Below are positions 41,801 through 54,777 of a DNA stretch of 64,000 nt, piece after piece; position 1 is the first letter of the stretch, and each line of letters begins with the position of its first letter. The stretch is from the NCBI GenBank assembly GCA_028023455.1, contig JAQFVV010000009.1:3100001-3164000 (forward strand), read 5' to 3'. The notes below the pieces were generated by a model. The model worked only from the letters and a program-made list of their open reading frames with translations, did not search any database and was not told the origin of the DNA. The position numbers and the translations under genes are program-made. The stretch comes from Epiperipatus broadwayi. Its lineage: Eukaryota > Animalia > Onychophora.

Positions 41801-43564
41801 TTTAACTCTTTTTGCAAAAAATAATGAAAAATATTGGGTAGTAAATTCTTTTTATTATTGTTAGTGTCATTTTATGAACTATCATTCTTGTATACATAAA
41901 CAAATAATTAGAGAAAAATGACTAGCAATTTAAGCATCACTGGGTAAATACAATCAAATACAGCCATGAGATCACAACTATCATTTAACAAGGTAAAAGA
42001 CAAATCTGCTTTCATCCTGGATGCAAAGCTCTTATAAATACATTGATGAATGATAGCTACTTCTTATATGCTAAGATTTTTAAAGACTAATATCTCTATC
42101 AATTTGAGAAATTAAGGAAACATTTCATGAGATATATATATATCAGATTTAATATTTTTTTCATGGCTATATAAATTGTAAATTATTAGCAATAATTGTT
42201 TATAACTTTGTATGTATAGCTATTTTGCTATTGCCAGATAAATACAAGTAAATGCAGCTGCCAGTTAATTATAATAGATATTGCCTTTTAAGGTTAATCT
42301 TTAAAAACCTCATTATCCAAGAAATAACTATCAACCTTCATTGCATAAAATATTGGTCCTATATCTTGGAAATCAATAGCTAACTGATGATTGCTTTTAC
42401 TTGTAGTTACCTGGCAACAGCAAAACTGTTATTTACTTTTTTTTAAAATTATACATGGTTATACCTAATTATTTCTATTGTTTACAATTTATATATCCAT
42501 GAAAAAATATTAAATCTGACTAAGAAATATTTTATCTAGAAACAATGAAGCATTCATTATTTTATTTACATTTTTTGCAGTTTTAATGAAATTCTGGGAT
42601 TCTAATAAGTATGACAAAAATTAAAATTAACAAGCAATTAAATTAACTAATATATCCTAATGATGTAAGGACTAATTCAACTTTATAATAACAGCTTTAA
42701 ATTTAACATTCTAAAATAAACTGTGTTAAGGGAGTAATTTGCAATATTAAACAATCTAGCAACGATTAATCTAGCAATATTCTATTGCTTAGTTATTCTA
42801 TTTTGAAACAGAAAATTTAACATACATACAATAATTAATAAACTCAATGCAAATTCTCCACTTTTTCTTTTTATATATTGTAACAGAAAATAAAAGCAAT
42901 AACCAGTGTTAATCTAATGAATTCACTCATTTATTATGGCTTTTGGTTGAAAGATTAATCTTTTATTAGCAGTCACTTATAAACAAATATAGACATACTA
43001 ATTTCAGAAAAGAAAAAAAAGGTGACATATGAACTTAGTTTAGACAATAACAAACTAATTTGTGAACCACAAATACTTCCAAATAACATACATCACACAT
43101 GAATTTTTTAGAATATTTATTTGATGTGATGGTGTCTTTTTATTAACTTTTTTTTCTGAAAAAATTAAATGCCTTAACTGATTATACCTTTCTATTGTAT
43201 TCTATATTTATTTCAATATGTCTATAAGTAAAACATAACTTATCAGATATGTATCTTATAAATAGATTAGCATTGTTATACAAAAAGGGGTATTATTTGC
43301 AAATCCATTTAAAAGATTATTTGGGATTTGATTTGTGAATTATCATAATAATGTTTTTAAACTTGGTGGTACATAAATAGTCATATTCTCCAAAAAAAGT
43401 CATCATTGCATATCTTTAGAAAAACCTTTATAACTTAAATAGCATCATCTGTAATATAAAATACATCATTTATAAAACTGTCTTCAAGTTGTTTTTTTGT
43501 AATAGTTGTCATCATAGTATAATGCACATAGTTGGGCAGTACATATACAACAATTATTGATCTT

Positions 43565-44012
43565 TAAACAAAGGCAAAATTCTCCATACAGTAGTGCCAC
43601 CCTGTGCCAAACAGAGTAATCAATGGATGCCAGAAGGCTTATGCATAAAATCCCTATCTAGTGCCTACTCATCCAATATCCCCAGACTAGTTTCTGGCTT
43701 GTGGCCATCATCAGTGAGGAGCCTTGGATCTGAGAGCACTGCACCTAGATCTTAGGATCTAATGCAACCCTCCAGCAGCCACCTTTTAACTCTACTATAA
43801 AACTATGAGAATGAAATTGAAAACACAATAATATTTTCAATCTAAGCTCAATAGCTTATATAGTCATGATGGCCACAAGCCAGAAACTAGTCTCGGGATA
43901 TTGGATGAGTAGGCACTAGATAGGGATTTTATGCACAAGCCTTCTGGTATCCATTGATTACTCTGTTTGGCACAGGGTGGCACTACTGTATGGAGAGTTT
44001 TGCCTTTGTTTA
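43565..44012. mobile_element. Inverted-repeat insertion H2 (PLE-type, hammerhead-bearing)
   Basis: 147-bp arms 43565-43711 and 43866-44012 with 4 mismatches (hand count). TACAACAATTAT direct repeat at 43546-43557 and 44011-44022. Confidence 0.9.
43679..43720 (-). ncRNA. Minimal type I hammerhead ribozyme, core intact
   Basis: UCCUCA-CUGAUGA-UGGC-CACAA-GCCA-GAAAC-UA-GUC^UGGGGA. Stem I is 6 bp (one G.U), stem II is 4 bp, and the ACUAGU palindrome sits in stem III. Predicted cleavage after position 43685. Confidence 0.85.
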
Positions 44013-44049
44013 CAACAATTATGTGCTAGTATAGAGATGGTGATCATGT

Positions 44050-45350
44050 GATGTTTAGTGATTTAATTATTGATCTTTACTAATGCATTTATTTAATAGT
44101 GCATTTTTTAGTTGATGGCAATAATTCTATATCATGTATTTCTAATTCAGGTTGGATTATTGAGCATGATCTTTAAAAATGTGATGCATTAGTATCCACT
44201 ATAGCAAAAATACTTTCAGGAATTACATTGAATAGGTTGCTTCCAGTCACAGATGAATGATTATCAAAGAGTCATTGTGGTTTTACTAAATCAAAAAGTA
44301 CTATAGCAATAATTTTTGTTAACAGATAAATATAAGGAAAATGTTTGAAAAAAAAAGAATGATTTATATATTGTTTTCATTAATTTGATCAAGGAATTTG
44401 ATTCAATTTTATGGCGTTGTGGTTGTTTACCATATATTTGTATTATACAGCTGATGAAATGAAAGAAAGTGCTATTACTACAGGTAGAAAATCTTAGAAA
44501 TTTGAAATGAAAACTCATGTTAAACAACTATGTATATTTGCTCCAATATTGTTCTGAATTTTAATGACAGTTGTTTTGGAACTGTTTAGAGGTAGCTCGA
44601 AGAAACATTGATCAAAATGCAATATAGATATGATAATATTAATTTGAATCAATAAAAAAAAATCAAAAACTTTATCTTCTTGGATTTTGGATTTACAATA
44701 TGCCAATGATTATAACATTTTTACCAATTCAAAAAACAGTTTACAGAATTGTACTTAATGTTTGAATACCACATTTAAAGACTTTTGTTTAATAATTAAT
44801 GTTTAAAACAATTTAAGATCTTTATCATCGGTTTCAGAAGAAAAATTCTCAGCAATGGTTATCAGCTAGAGAATGTAAACTAATTTAAATATCTTTGTAG
44901 TTTTATGTAGACTATAGATTCCAATGTGATGCTGTTGCTTTTAACAAATTAAAAAAGAATATTTCATCACAGAGAAGTAACTGTAAATAGAGCTGTTATT
45001 TTAACTAATTTATTGTGTGGAAATGAGGACACTATTGATGCAATATAAAAGAAAAAAAATTTCATTTAAGGATGTTGTGTAAAATTTTCTAAATACAATA
45101 GCAAGATCATAAAAACAATCGATAATACTATGGAATCCATTGTTGTAAAATCATACCTTTATTTGATCGATCATATAAAATACATGAACATTGCAAGACT
45201 TCCTAAATGGGTGTTTTGTGGTGAACTTTGAGTATGGATTTTGTGGAAAAGGTAGACACCATCTACATTATATGAATTATCTGAAAGACATTCTAAAAAA
45301 GTACAATATTGACTGTTTCCATTGGGAAAATATAGAGAATAAAATACATT
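44050..45350 (+). mobile_element. Decayed RTE/BovB-like LINE fragment
   Basis: EFDSI motif (~44395), DLQYAND (YADD-like, ~44690), LPKWVFCGEL..G..GRHHLHYM.YLK (~45200-45290). Many stops. Confidence 0.55.
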
Positions 45351-45689
45351 GGAGAGTTATAATTTAGCTGATATTGAAATATTTCAGGGAAAAAAAATTT
45401 CTGCAGAAGAAATTAAAGACTGCATAAAAAAATATCAAATAGGAAAGTGGATTAAAATGTTTTATATATGGATGTATTTGTGGACCACAAGTTGGTTTAT
45501 ATGTTTTCTTTTTAGGGGGGAAGAGTTAAAATGGCCATATTTATTTATGATGGAATTCTATGCTCATATATATATATACACATACACACTACTTGGAAAA
45601 ATGCACACTTGCATTTTATCTATATTAGTCAAATCTAGCTTTTTATTATCACAACAAAAAAAAATATACAGAGAAATTCTTCATTGGCA

Positions 45690-47114
45690 TTTTCAAACAT
45701 TATTGAAGTACTCCCATATGAAAGCCTCTCCAAGTTTAATTCAATTTTCTGATTTCTAGTCTCTCATCTCCACATCACTCCAGCAAAATTTTTCCTTATT
45801 TTATGCATCCATCACATGATTTTTTTTAAATCTTTTATAATGTCTTCGAGTCCCATCTAGGATTTCAATTTTCATTTATTAGCATCTTTTCTTGCAATGT
45901 ATTCAGTCCAGTTTCACTTCAGTCTCTTAGTTCTCTCAATGATATCATTAGCATCTTTTTGTTCTCTCACCAATATATTTAACTTTCAATTCCTTTTTGT
46001 TATTGCTTATACCTCTCTATACTTTGTTGAATGGTCTGAAATCTCTATATTACTCTTCTGTTAAATATCCAAGACTCAGATACATATGTAAAAACTGGTA
46101 AAATACATTTATTAAAACTTTATTTTCAAATACATAGGCATTTCTTTTAATATTTCTATGATTAATTTAATCTATCATGTTTCATCTGAATTAATAATTT
46201 GACCACGATATTTATAGTTATGTTCTTCTAATTTATCATTGTCAATCTTTATTTTCTTCTTTTGAGAAAATCCCTTAAACATTACTTTAGAGTCTTCTTA
46301 GCATTTATCTTTAATCCTATCTTTTTATTTTTATCTGATAACTCTTGTAACATTTCCTGAAGCTCTAAAACATTATTTGCAAAAACAACTACATGATCTG
46401 CAAAATTTAGATGATTAATCATTATTTACTATTAATCTCTTTCCAATTTTAATTCACAAAATACATCTTTTTAAAACTGCTATAAAAATTTTTGATGATA
46501 TGGAATCACCTTGTCACATATCCTTCTCAATGTTAATCTTCTCAATATAACTACAAAAATCATAGATGTTATATTTTGATAAATATTTTTCAGAATATGA
46601 CAACATCCTAAACATATATTTTGTTGAACCAATGCTTTAATTACTGAGGAAATCCTTATAAAATTAAATGAACTTTCATAATCTACAAATCCAAAACATA
46701 ATGACAACTCACTGTGCTAAAAGCACTTTTAAATTCTACTTGCTCTATTGGTTTGGTTAAAATTTAAAATTCACTATGATGAATTGTGATTATCTTGATA
46801 AAAATTCTGTATAGAATTGATAAAAGATTAATAAGTCTGTAATTTCTAATATTATCTTTATCACCTTTTCTAAACCTCAAAATTATTGTGGCATTTTTCC
46901 AATCATCTGGTACATCTATTATTTGGACATTTGATATATAACTTTGCCACACTTTTTTTTATTTCTTCTTAAGATGTCAATTATAATTCCATCTTAATCA
47001 GGGGCTTTGCCTTTTTCATAAATTTAATTGTATGTCACACTTCTTCCTTTAAAATTATTGCACTTGTAGGGAATATTTTGCTATCTTTTTATTTAATGCT
47101 TTATAATTCTTTAT
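45690..47114 (-). mobile_element. RTE LINE A, 3' part (RT and 3' end)
   Basis: DDWKNATIILRFRKGDKDNIRNYRLINLLSILYRIF and LCFGFVDYE..F..I motifs (ORFs 46764- and 46480-). It continues the frame broken at 55320. Confidence 0.9.
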
Positions 47115-47141
47115 TATAAGTAATGAAGAATTATAAAGCAT

Positions 47142-49096
47142 AAACTGTACATGCAGTGTGTTACAAAGCACAAACAGAAATATGCAAGTGAAGTAGAATT
47201 CATTTTAAATAAAATATGGAAAAACAGCATTGTGTGTGTGGATTGATGGTGTAGCAGACAGAGTGGCAAGATTAGTTATTCAATTTAACAGCAGATATCA
47301 AATGTGAATAATTCAGGTTTATGCCACAACAAGTTTTCACTGTGATGACCAAGTAGAGGACTTTTAAATGGATATACAAAAGGCTTTTGATCAAACAAAA
47401 CAACATTTTAAAATTGTTATGGGAGACTTTACTGCTAAATGGGTAAACAATGAAAGATGAAACTGCTATAGGCAAATTTGGTTATAGTGATAGAAATGAG
47501 AGAGGTCATAGATTTGTGGAGTTTTCAGAAAAAGAAAAACTTTATATTATGAATTCTTTTTTTGAGAAAAATGGAAATATATATTTAAGCCTCCAAATGA
47601 AGGTACAGCAGAATTGGATTATATTTTGACTAACAGAAAATATGTATTTCAAGAGTGTAATATTTTTAATAAATTCGACACAAGAAGTGATCATCAATTA
47701 GTGAGATGTAAGATTATGTTAATGCAAAACTAAAGATACAAAAATTATTAAGAAAAACAATTTTCACTGTTGATATTCCTAATATTCAGAAATATTCCAA
47801 TGAATTTAAATTAGAATTTTGAAATCGTTTTCAAATATTAATAGATTTTAAACATGATTCAGATTTGTCTGAAATCAATAACTGGTACACTTTTAAAAAC
47901 TACAGCAAAGATAGCTCGTACAAAATGCAGTAATTTATCAGTAAAATTCCTACAATTTATGAAGAAGGAATATGGAAATATATAAAAATAATGCATTAAG
48001 ATAGATTGAATATCTCAAATTTTGTAAAATAGTGCAAAAAAGATTTGTTAATGATATAAGAAATTATAATTGTATATTATCAAGGAAGATGTAGAAGAGA
48101 ATAAATATCTCAAGAGTGTAAAACAACATCTTGGTATTGATAGAAAACATTTCTGAAATAAGAAAAAAAACATGGAACTATTACTAAAATGCAATAAAGA
48201 ACAAGGAAAACTATCTCCTACAACTGCTATGTCTTCTGAATTGTCTAAATTTTTTAAATGAAGAAGTGAAACATGCAATTAAATTTATGAGGAAGGAAAA
48301 AACTCCAGGTAATGATGGAATTATAATCAATATCTTAAAAGAAGCAGAAGAAATAAAAATTTTTTTGGCAAAGTCATAATACTAAATGTCTAAATGATAA
48401 AAACGTACCAGATGATTCAAAGAATGCAGTATTAATATTTAAAAAAAATGATAAAGAAGATATTAGAAATTGCAGACCTATCATCCTTTTATCAGTTCTA
48501 TACAAAATTTTTACCAAAATAATTACAATTCATCTACAGTGAACCAATCTGGACATAAAAATGGTTTTAGTACAGTGGCTCATATCCAAGTATTGAAAGA
48601 AATTATAGAAAGGACAAATGAATATAAGTTGCCATTATGCTTTAAATTTGTAGATTATGAAAAGACATTTGATTCTATATGCATTTCTTCGGTAATCCAC
48701 GAAACTGTCATATTTTGAAAAATATTTATAAAAATGCAACAGCAACAATTAGATTACATAATAATACTAGGAAGGTTAACATTGAGAAGGGTGTAAGACA
48801 GGGTGACTCCATATATCCAAAGCTTTTTACAGCAGTGCTGCAAGAAGTATTTTGTGGGATTAAAATGGGAAGTTAAAGAAGTAAAAGTAAATGGAGATAA
48901 TTTAAGTCATTTAGATATTGCAGATGATGTAGTTATTTTTGTAAATAATGATTCAAAGCTTCAGGAAATGTTGCAAGAGTTATTAGATGAAAGTAGGATT
49001 AAAGGTGAATGTTAAAAAGACTAAAGTAATGTTCAATGGATTTTCTCAAAAGAAGAAAATAAAGATTGGTAATGATAAGTTAGAAGAAGTTAATAA
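47142..49096 (+). mobile_element. RTE LINE B, 5' part (5'-truncated EN + RT)
   Basis: IIQVYA, GDF.AK, IGKFG..DRNERG.RFVEF, KTPGNDG, FVDYEKTFDSI, KGVRQGDSI.PKLF and HLDIADD motifs. Ends ...KLEEVN at the LTR insertion. Confidence 0.92.
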
Positions 49097-51123
49097 TCTA
49101 ACAGGCAACCCTGGTATTAATTTTAGTTGTGTATATATATGTCTGTAAAAAAAAATTGAATCAGTTGACCACGTAGGGTAGTAAACACAAAACTATGGCT
49201 GTATAGTCGCCATAACACCTGTGGATAGAATTTAACTACTAGCCACCATATTGGATTCAAATACGAATCTCTTTCTTAAAGATATATTAAGAAATAAAAT
49301 CTATGTATCCTATATCAGGATATACATTAAAATATATATATATATAAAAAATCTATCCAGTGATCATTATTTCATTTAAAAAAAAGACAATTTCTTCAGA
49401 TAAAGTATATTTATGAGCATCAATTAATTAAATGACCTCAAGCGCCAATCTTACTAAGACCATAAGAATTATACTTTCTCCTTTTTAAGGAGTTTTAAAA
49501 ACTATCACTAATTAGGTGCTTGGCCCTTTCAGCTAGCTCAAACCCCAGGGCTGGGAGGTAATAATACTCATCAGGTTGAATGGAGGTGACTGATTAAATT
49601 TCCATAGTTGAAACAAGCTTTCCTTGCTTTATATACCTTTCAACTTAAGACACATGTATATAAACTTACGTATTAGTAACGGTTTCTTCCCTCTTTCTAC
49701 ACATTTATTTCCTCTATACATAATCTATTTCTTCATCAAATATTTTGATATTCTGCCAGGAAGGAAACTAGGCTAATATAAGTGATAAATATGTTCATTA
49801 ATGAGAGACAATTTGTTTCAAAGTAAGTAGATAATTTTATTACTATGGCTAATTAAATATTGAGAAAGAAAAACATATATATAATTTATATATCAATGAT
49901 AACATAAAAGACAAAAAAAAACAATTAATGAATTATAAAAGAACATATAATTAAACACATATGTGGGAATGCATTTATACATTTAAATTAAAATATATAA
50001 TTTTACACAATGGCTGAACTTTTTGAGAGTAACGACAAGCAATTTTCTATTCTTTTAGGTTAATAAAACTAGTTATAGTTACCTTGAAGTACCCGGGATT
50101 TCTAATAGGGATAAGTTGATTTCCCCGTAAGTTTGATTTTGATGATCCAACTGAAATTGAGATATTCTTTTACTATCAAAGAATACTGTCGAAGAACAAA
50201 ACAAATTTTTTTTGCTAATAGCAAAAGGTTTGCATAAACATCCATTTTGTAGTATTACTTGAGTCTAAGAAAAAATGATGACTTACTGGAGGCATTCTGA
50301 GTGTACATAATTTGATATTTTCTTCCTTCCTGGATTGTTTTAGCAGCATATTGATGAGGTACCTATGGTTCTTGGAGGGCAAGCAATTAACAGGAACAGC
50401 TACATCTTCGGAGATTAGGATAGCAGCCATTACACATATTTTTCTACTCCTGCATTCTGATGGTAGCGATAGTCTGAGTTACTAATCTAAATCCATAGCT
50501 GCATCAGTCAATTTAGCAACAAGAAAATATTAATATTTCAGTTTGAAAAAACACTCTTGCTTGTTCTGATTTTTCTTTTTTAACTACTTAATTTTTCCAA
50601 TTCCTTTTGTTCCCAAAATAGTTTATCAGTATCTCGATCTTTATTTTTTAGGCATGCTTTTAACATTTTTTTTTCTCTGCCATACATTCCCTTTAGATTC
50701 CCTGGAATTTTAAATGGCTAAGTAATCGAACAAAAGATACAAAATTGCCTCAAGGTAGACGTATATTCTTTTCGTTACTCTCATTAAAATGCGATATACA
50801 ATAAAACAATAGAACAGTATACATTTGAAATAAATTAATAATATAAGAAAAAAATTTATATATTTGTGTATAACTGCATTTTCACAATTTATTAACATAT
50901 TTTCATGAATTTATTTTAAACCAAATCACTATAAATATCTTTCTCTTTCTTTTTTTTTTATTAAAAAAAAAAAAATTCAAACTTTCTCTCTTAGACATAT
51001 ATATTTCATTCCTTATATTTTATACTCGCAGCTGAATCCAATTTATTAGACTCATGCTGATCTAAGCAGTCAGGGAATATTGTGTAACTTTCTTGTAACG
51101 GTTTGAACCCAGCTACTCTTACA
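49097..51123 (-). repeat. 3' LTR (2027 bp)
   Basis: Colinear direct repeat of 52659-54777. Confidence 0.92.
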
Positions 51124-51261
51124 ATGCCCCATGTTCGAAAGACTTCAAAATGAGATACTTATTTTTGAGGTCTAAAATATCAAACCATGACAAAACAAAA
51201 CATCTGGACAGGCCAAAACAAAAACAACCACACAAAACAAAAAAATATGCACACCTTCCCT

Positions 51262-52340
51262 TTATTTTAATCCCTCTCTACCTCTTAACATTGGTGATGG
51301 GGGATGTGACCTTTTTTCCTGTTCATCATATGACTTCGGTAATGGCTGGTGGTCTTCCCTTTCATAATATGGATGCAGTGATGTTTTCTTATCTTTCCTT
51401 TGGTAACCCCTTTGGATCCCTCTTGGATGCCTATCTTCTTTGCATCTCATCATTTGAGCATTTTCAAATTTTCTCCTATCCAGCAGTTCTTTGTGGTCCT
51501 GCACGCTCATGTCTATAGCATTTAGTAATTCGGCTACTTTCTCAATGGAGGCTTTCCCATTTTCCAGGAGTATCTGTTCAACTTTCACTGGCAAGTTACA
51601 CTTAGTTACCCTAATGTTATTTTCCATCGTGTTACATGCTTCTAAGGTGCACAACTTAGCTACCTGACGATGGAAAAACTGAGAATAACTTTCCTGACTA
51701 GTCGACATATTTTTCCTGCATTATATAATAACTCACCATTTCTTGTCTTTCTTCAGACCATAACGTGTCTCTTACGGCTTCTCTATACTCTTTATGTCTT
51801 GGGTGGATGAAACACCAAATGCCACCATGACTGCACGTCTTCCACCAAGTTGCTACAGGAAATAGCCAATTTTCTTTCTCAGTCATCACGTTAATGGTAA
51901 AATATCTTTCTAGGCTTTTTAAATGTTCTATTGGTGCCTCTACAATTTTCCTGGCAACACTGTAGCCTCCTTATCTTCTACTATACTATTTTGCTCTATT
52001 TGGTCTTTTTTCCCCTTACTCCCTCTTTATTTTTTATCTCAGCTTTCATTTGCCCTTCCACTAGGTTGTCTTCTCATTGGGTTGGGCTTTCTTTCTTTTT
52101 GCCTTCCCCTATCTGCTCATCCAGTTTCTTTTCTATTGCTAGTATCCTAATCTCATGGTTTTTTTGCATTTCGAACAACATATCCTATCTTTCTCTCATT
52201 TCCTCAAATCTTAATTCCATTCTTTCTTCCATCTCCTGCAACTTTCTCATAATAATATCCATCATACTGGTCTCTCCTGCTTTATCTGTGCTATCCTTGT
52301 TCATTTTCTCTTCTTTTCTTTCTCTTGAACAGGTTTTCAT
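51262..52340 (-). pseudogene. gag: Gag (Arc-like/retrotransposon capsid) pseudogene
   Basis: N-terminal coiled coil MKTCSRE...MRKLQEMEERMELRFEEMRE, then (with stops and frameshifts) RKLAISCSNLVEDVQSWW, YREAVRDTLWSEERQ..., ESYSQFFHRQVAKL...NLPVKVEQILL...SIEKVAELLNAID. This is the typical gypsy capsid pattern. Confidence 0.75.
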
Positions 52341-52638
52341 ATATTTTATTTCTACTTTTATTCTTATGTTTTATATTTTTATGAAAACAAATTTTTGTTT
52401 CTGAGTGAAATAATGACACAATTATATATTTATTATTATTATTATTTTTCTATACAATGTGCTAAACTCACCACCCCAGCTCACAAAGTACTATTCTGAC
52501 TGTCACCTTCCCTATTGTTGAACCTCTAATCCCATCTGGTGCTTTATTCCTCCAAGTATTATTAACAAGACAAAATAATTAACAACTACAACAACACACA
52601 AATTTTTTATTCTCAACCTGCCATTCTTCTACTTTCTT

Positions 52639-52657
52639 AGCCCCATGTTCGGCACCA
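52639..52657 (-). promoter_or_regulatory. Primer-binding site, tRNA-Lys type
   Basis: TGGTGCCGAACATGGGGCT vs the complement of the tRNA-Lys(CTT) 3' end TGGCGCCCAACGTGGGGCT: 16/19, with two differences being CpG transitions. Confidence 0.75.
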
Positions 52658-52658
52658 T

Positions 52659-54777
52659 TTTAACAGGCAACCTGGTATTAATTTTAGTTGTTTATATATA
52701 TGTCTAAAAATTGAATCAGTTGACCACATAGGGTAGTAAACACAAAACTATGGCTGTATAATTGCCATAACACCTGTGGATAGAATTTAACTACTATTCA
52801 CCATATCGGATTCGAATACGAATCTCTTTCTTAAATATATATTAAGATATAAAATCTATGTATCTTATATCAGGATATACTTTAAAAAAATATAAAAAAA
52901 ATCTACCCAGTGGTCATTACTTTATTTTAAAAAAAAAGAACAATTTCTTCGGTTAAAGTATATTTATGAGCGACAATTAATTAAATGACATCAAGCACCA
53001 ATCTTACTAAGACTTTAAGAATTATACTTTCTCTTTTTAAGGGATCTTAAAAACTATCACTAATTAGGTGCCTAACCCTTTCAGCTAGCTCAAACCCCAG
53101 GGCTGGGAGGTAATAATACCTATCAGGTTGAACGGAGGTGACTGACTAAATTTGTGTAGTTGAAACAAGCTTTCCCTGCTTTATATACCTTTCAACTTAA
53201 GATGCATATATATAAACTTATGTATTAGTAACGGTTTCTTTTCTCTATACTCTTTAAATTAGATTGTGTGACATTTAAAATTAGCTATTTTTGAACTCCC
53301 TCTTTCTACACATTTATTCCCTCTATACGAGATCTATTTCTTTATCAAATATATAATTTAGACATTTAAAATTATGTGTAATATATTTGCTTATTCTGAT
53401 ATTTTGCCAGGAAGAAAACTAGGCTAATATAAGTGATAAATATGTTCATTAATGAGAGACAATTTGTTTTAAAGTAAGTAGATAATTTTATTGCTATGGC
53501 TAATTAAATATTGAGAAAGAAAAACATATAATTTATATATCAATGATAACATAAAAGACAAAAAAACAGAATTAATGAATTATAAAAGAACATGTAATTA
53601 AACATGTATGTGGGAATGCATTTATACGTTTAAATTAAAATATATAATTTTACACAATGGCTGAACTTTTGGAGGGTAACGATAAGCAATTTTCCATTTT
53701 TTTAGGTTAATAAAACTAGTTATAGTTACATTGAAGTACCTGGGATTTCTAATAAGGATAAGTTGATTTCCCCGTAAGTTTGATTTTGACGATCCAACTG
53801 AAATTGAGATATTCTTTTACTATCGAAGAATACTGTCGATGAACAAAACAAAATTTTTCTGCTAATAGCAAAAGGTTTGCAAAAACATTCATTTTGTGGT
53901 ATTACTTGAGTCTAAGAAATAATGATGACTTACTGGAGGCATTCTGAATGTACATAATTTGATATTTTTCTTCCTTCCTGGATTGTTTTAGCAGCATATC
54001 AATGAGGTACCTATGGTTCTTGGAGGGCAAGCAATTAACAGGAACAGCTACATTTTCAGATCTTAGGATAGTTGCCTTTACACGTATTTTTCTACTCCTG
54101 CCTTCTGATGGTAGTGATGGTTTGAGTTACTATATCTAAATCCATAGTTGTATCAGTCAATTTAGCAACAAGAAAATATTAATATTTCAGTTTGAAAAAC
54201 CACTCTTGCTTGTTCTGATTTTTCCTTTTAACTACTTAATTTATCCAATTCCTTTTGTTCCCAAAATAGTTTATCAGTATCTCGATCTTTATTTTTTAGG
54301 CATGCTTTTAACATTTTTTTTTCTCTGCCATAGATTTACTTTAGATTCCCTGGAATTTTAAGTGGCTAAGTAATCGAACAAAAGATACAAAATTGCCTCA
54401 AGGTAGACGTATATTCTTTTCGTTACTCTCATTAAAATGCGATATACAATAAAACAATAGAAAAGTATACATTTGAAATAAATTAATAATACAAGAAGAA
54501 AATTTATATATTTGTGTATAACTGCAATTCCACAATTTATTAACATATTTTCATGAATTAATTTTAAAACAAATCACTATAAACATCTTTCTCTTCCTTT
54601 TTTTTTTTTATTAAAACAAAAACAACTTTCAAACTTTCTCTCTTAGACATATATATCTCATTCTTTATATTTTGTACTTGTAGCTGAATCCAATTTATTA
54701 GACTCGTACTGATCTAAGCAGTTAGGGAATATTGTGTAACTTTTTTGTAACAGGGTTTGAACCCAGCTACTGTTACA
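52659..54777 (-). repeat. 5' LTR (2119 bp)
   Basis: Starts TGTAACAGTAGC on minus and is followed after 1 nt by the PBS. Confidence 0.92.

Larger units (their letters stand above)
49097..54777 (-). mobile_element. Non-autonomous gag-only LTR retroelement with ~2-kb LTRs (gypsy-type)
   Basis: Direct repeats 49097-51123 and 52659-54777, with TGTAACAG...CTGTTA(C)A termini, 4-bp TSD ATAA/ATAG, PBS and gag remnant. No pol. Confidence 0.92.

Noticed and set aside
45349-45759. 136-aa ORF
   Set aside because: Low-complexity AT-rich translation spanning the junction of two LINE remnants, with no recognisable domain.
51150-52404. Plus-strand ORFs 51150-51518, 51923-52150, 51931-52404
   Set aside because: Antisense shadows of the purine-rich gag remnant.
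50710-54546. Twin ORFs 50710- and 54358-
   Set aside because: The same AT-rich LTR segment read twice; not protein-like.
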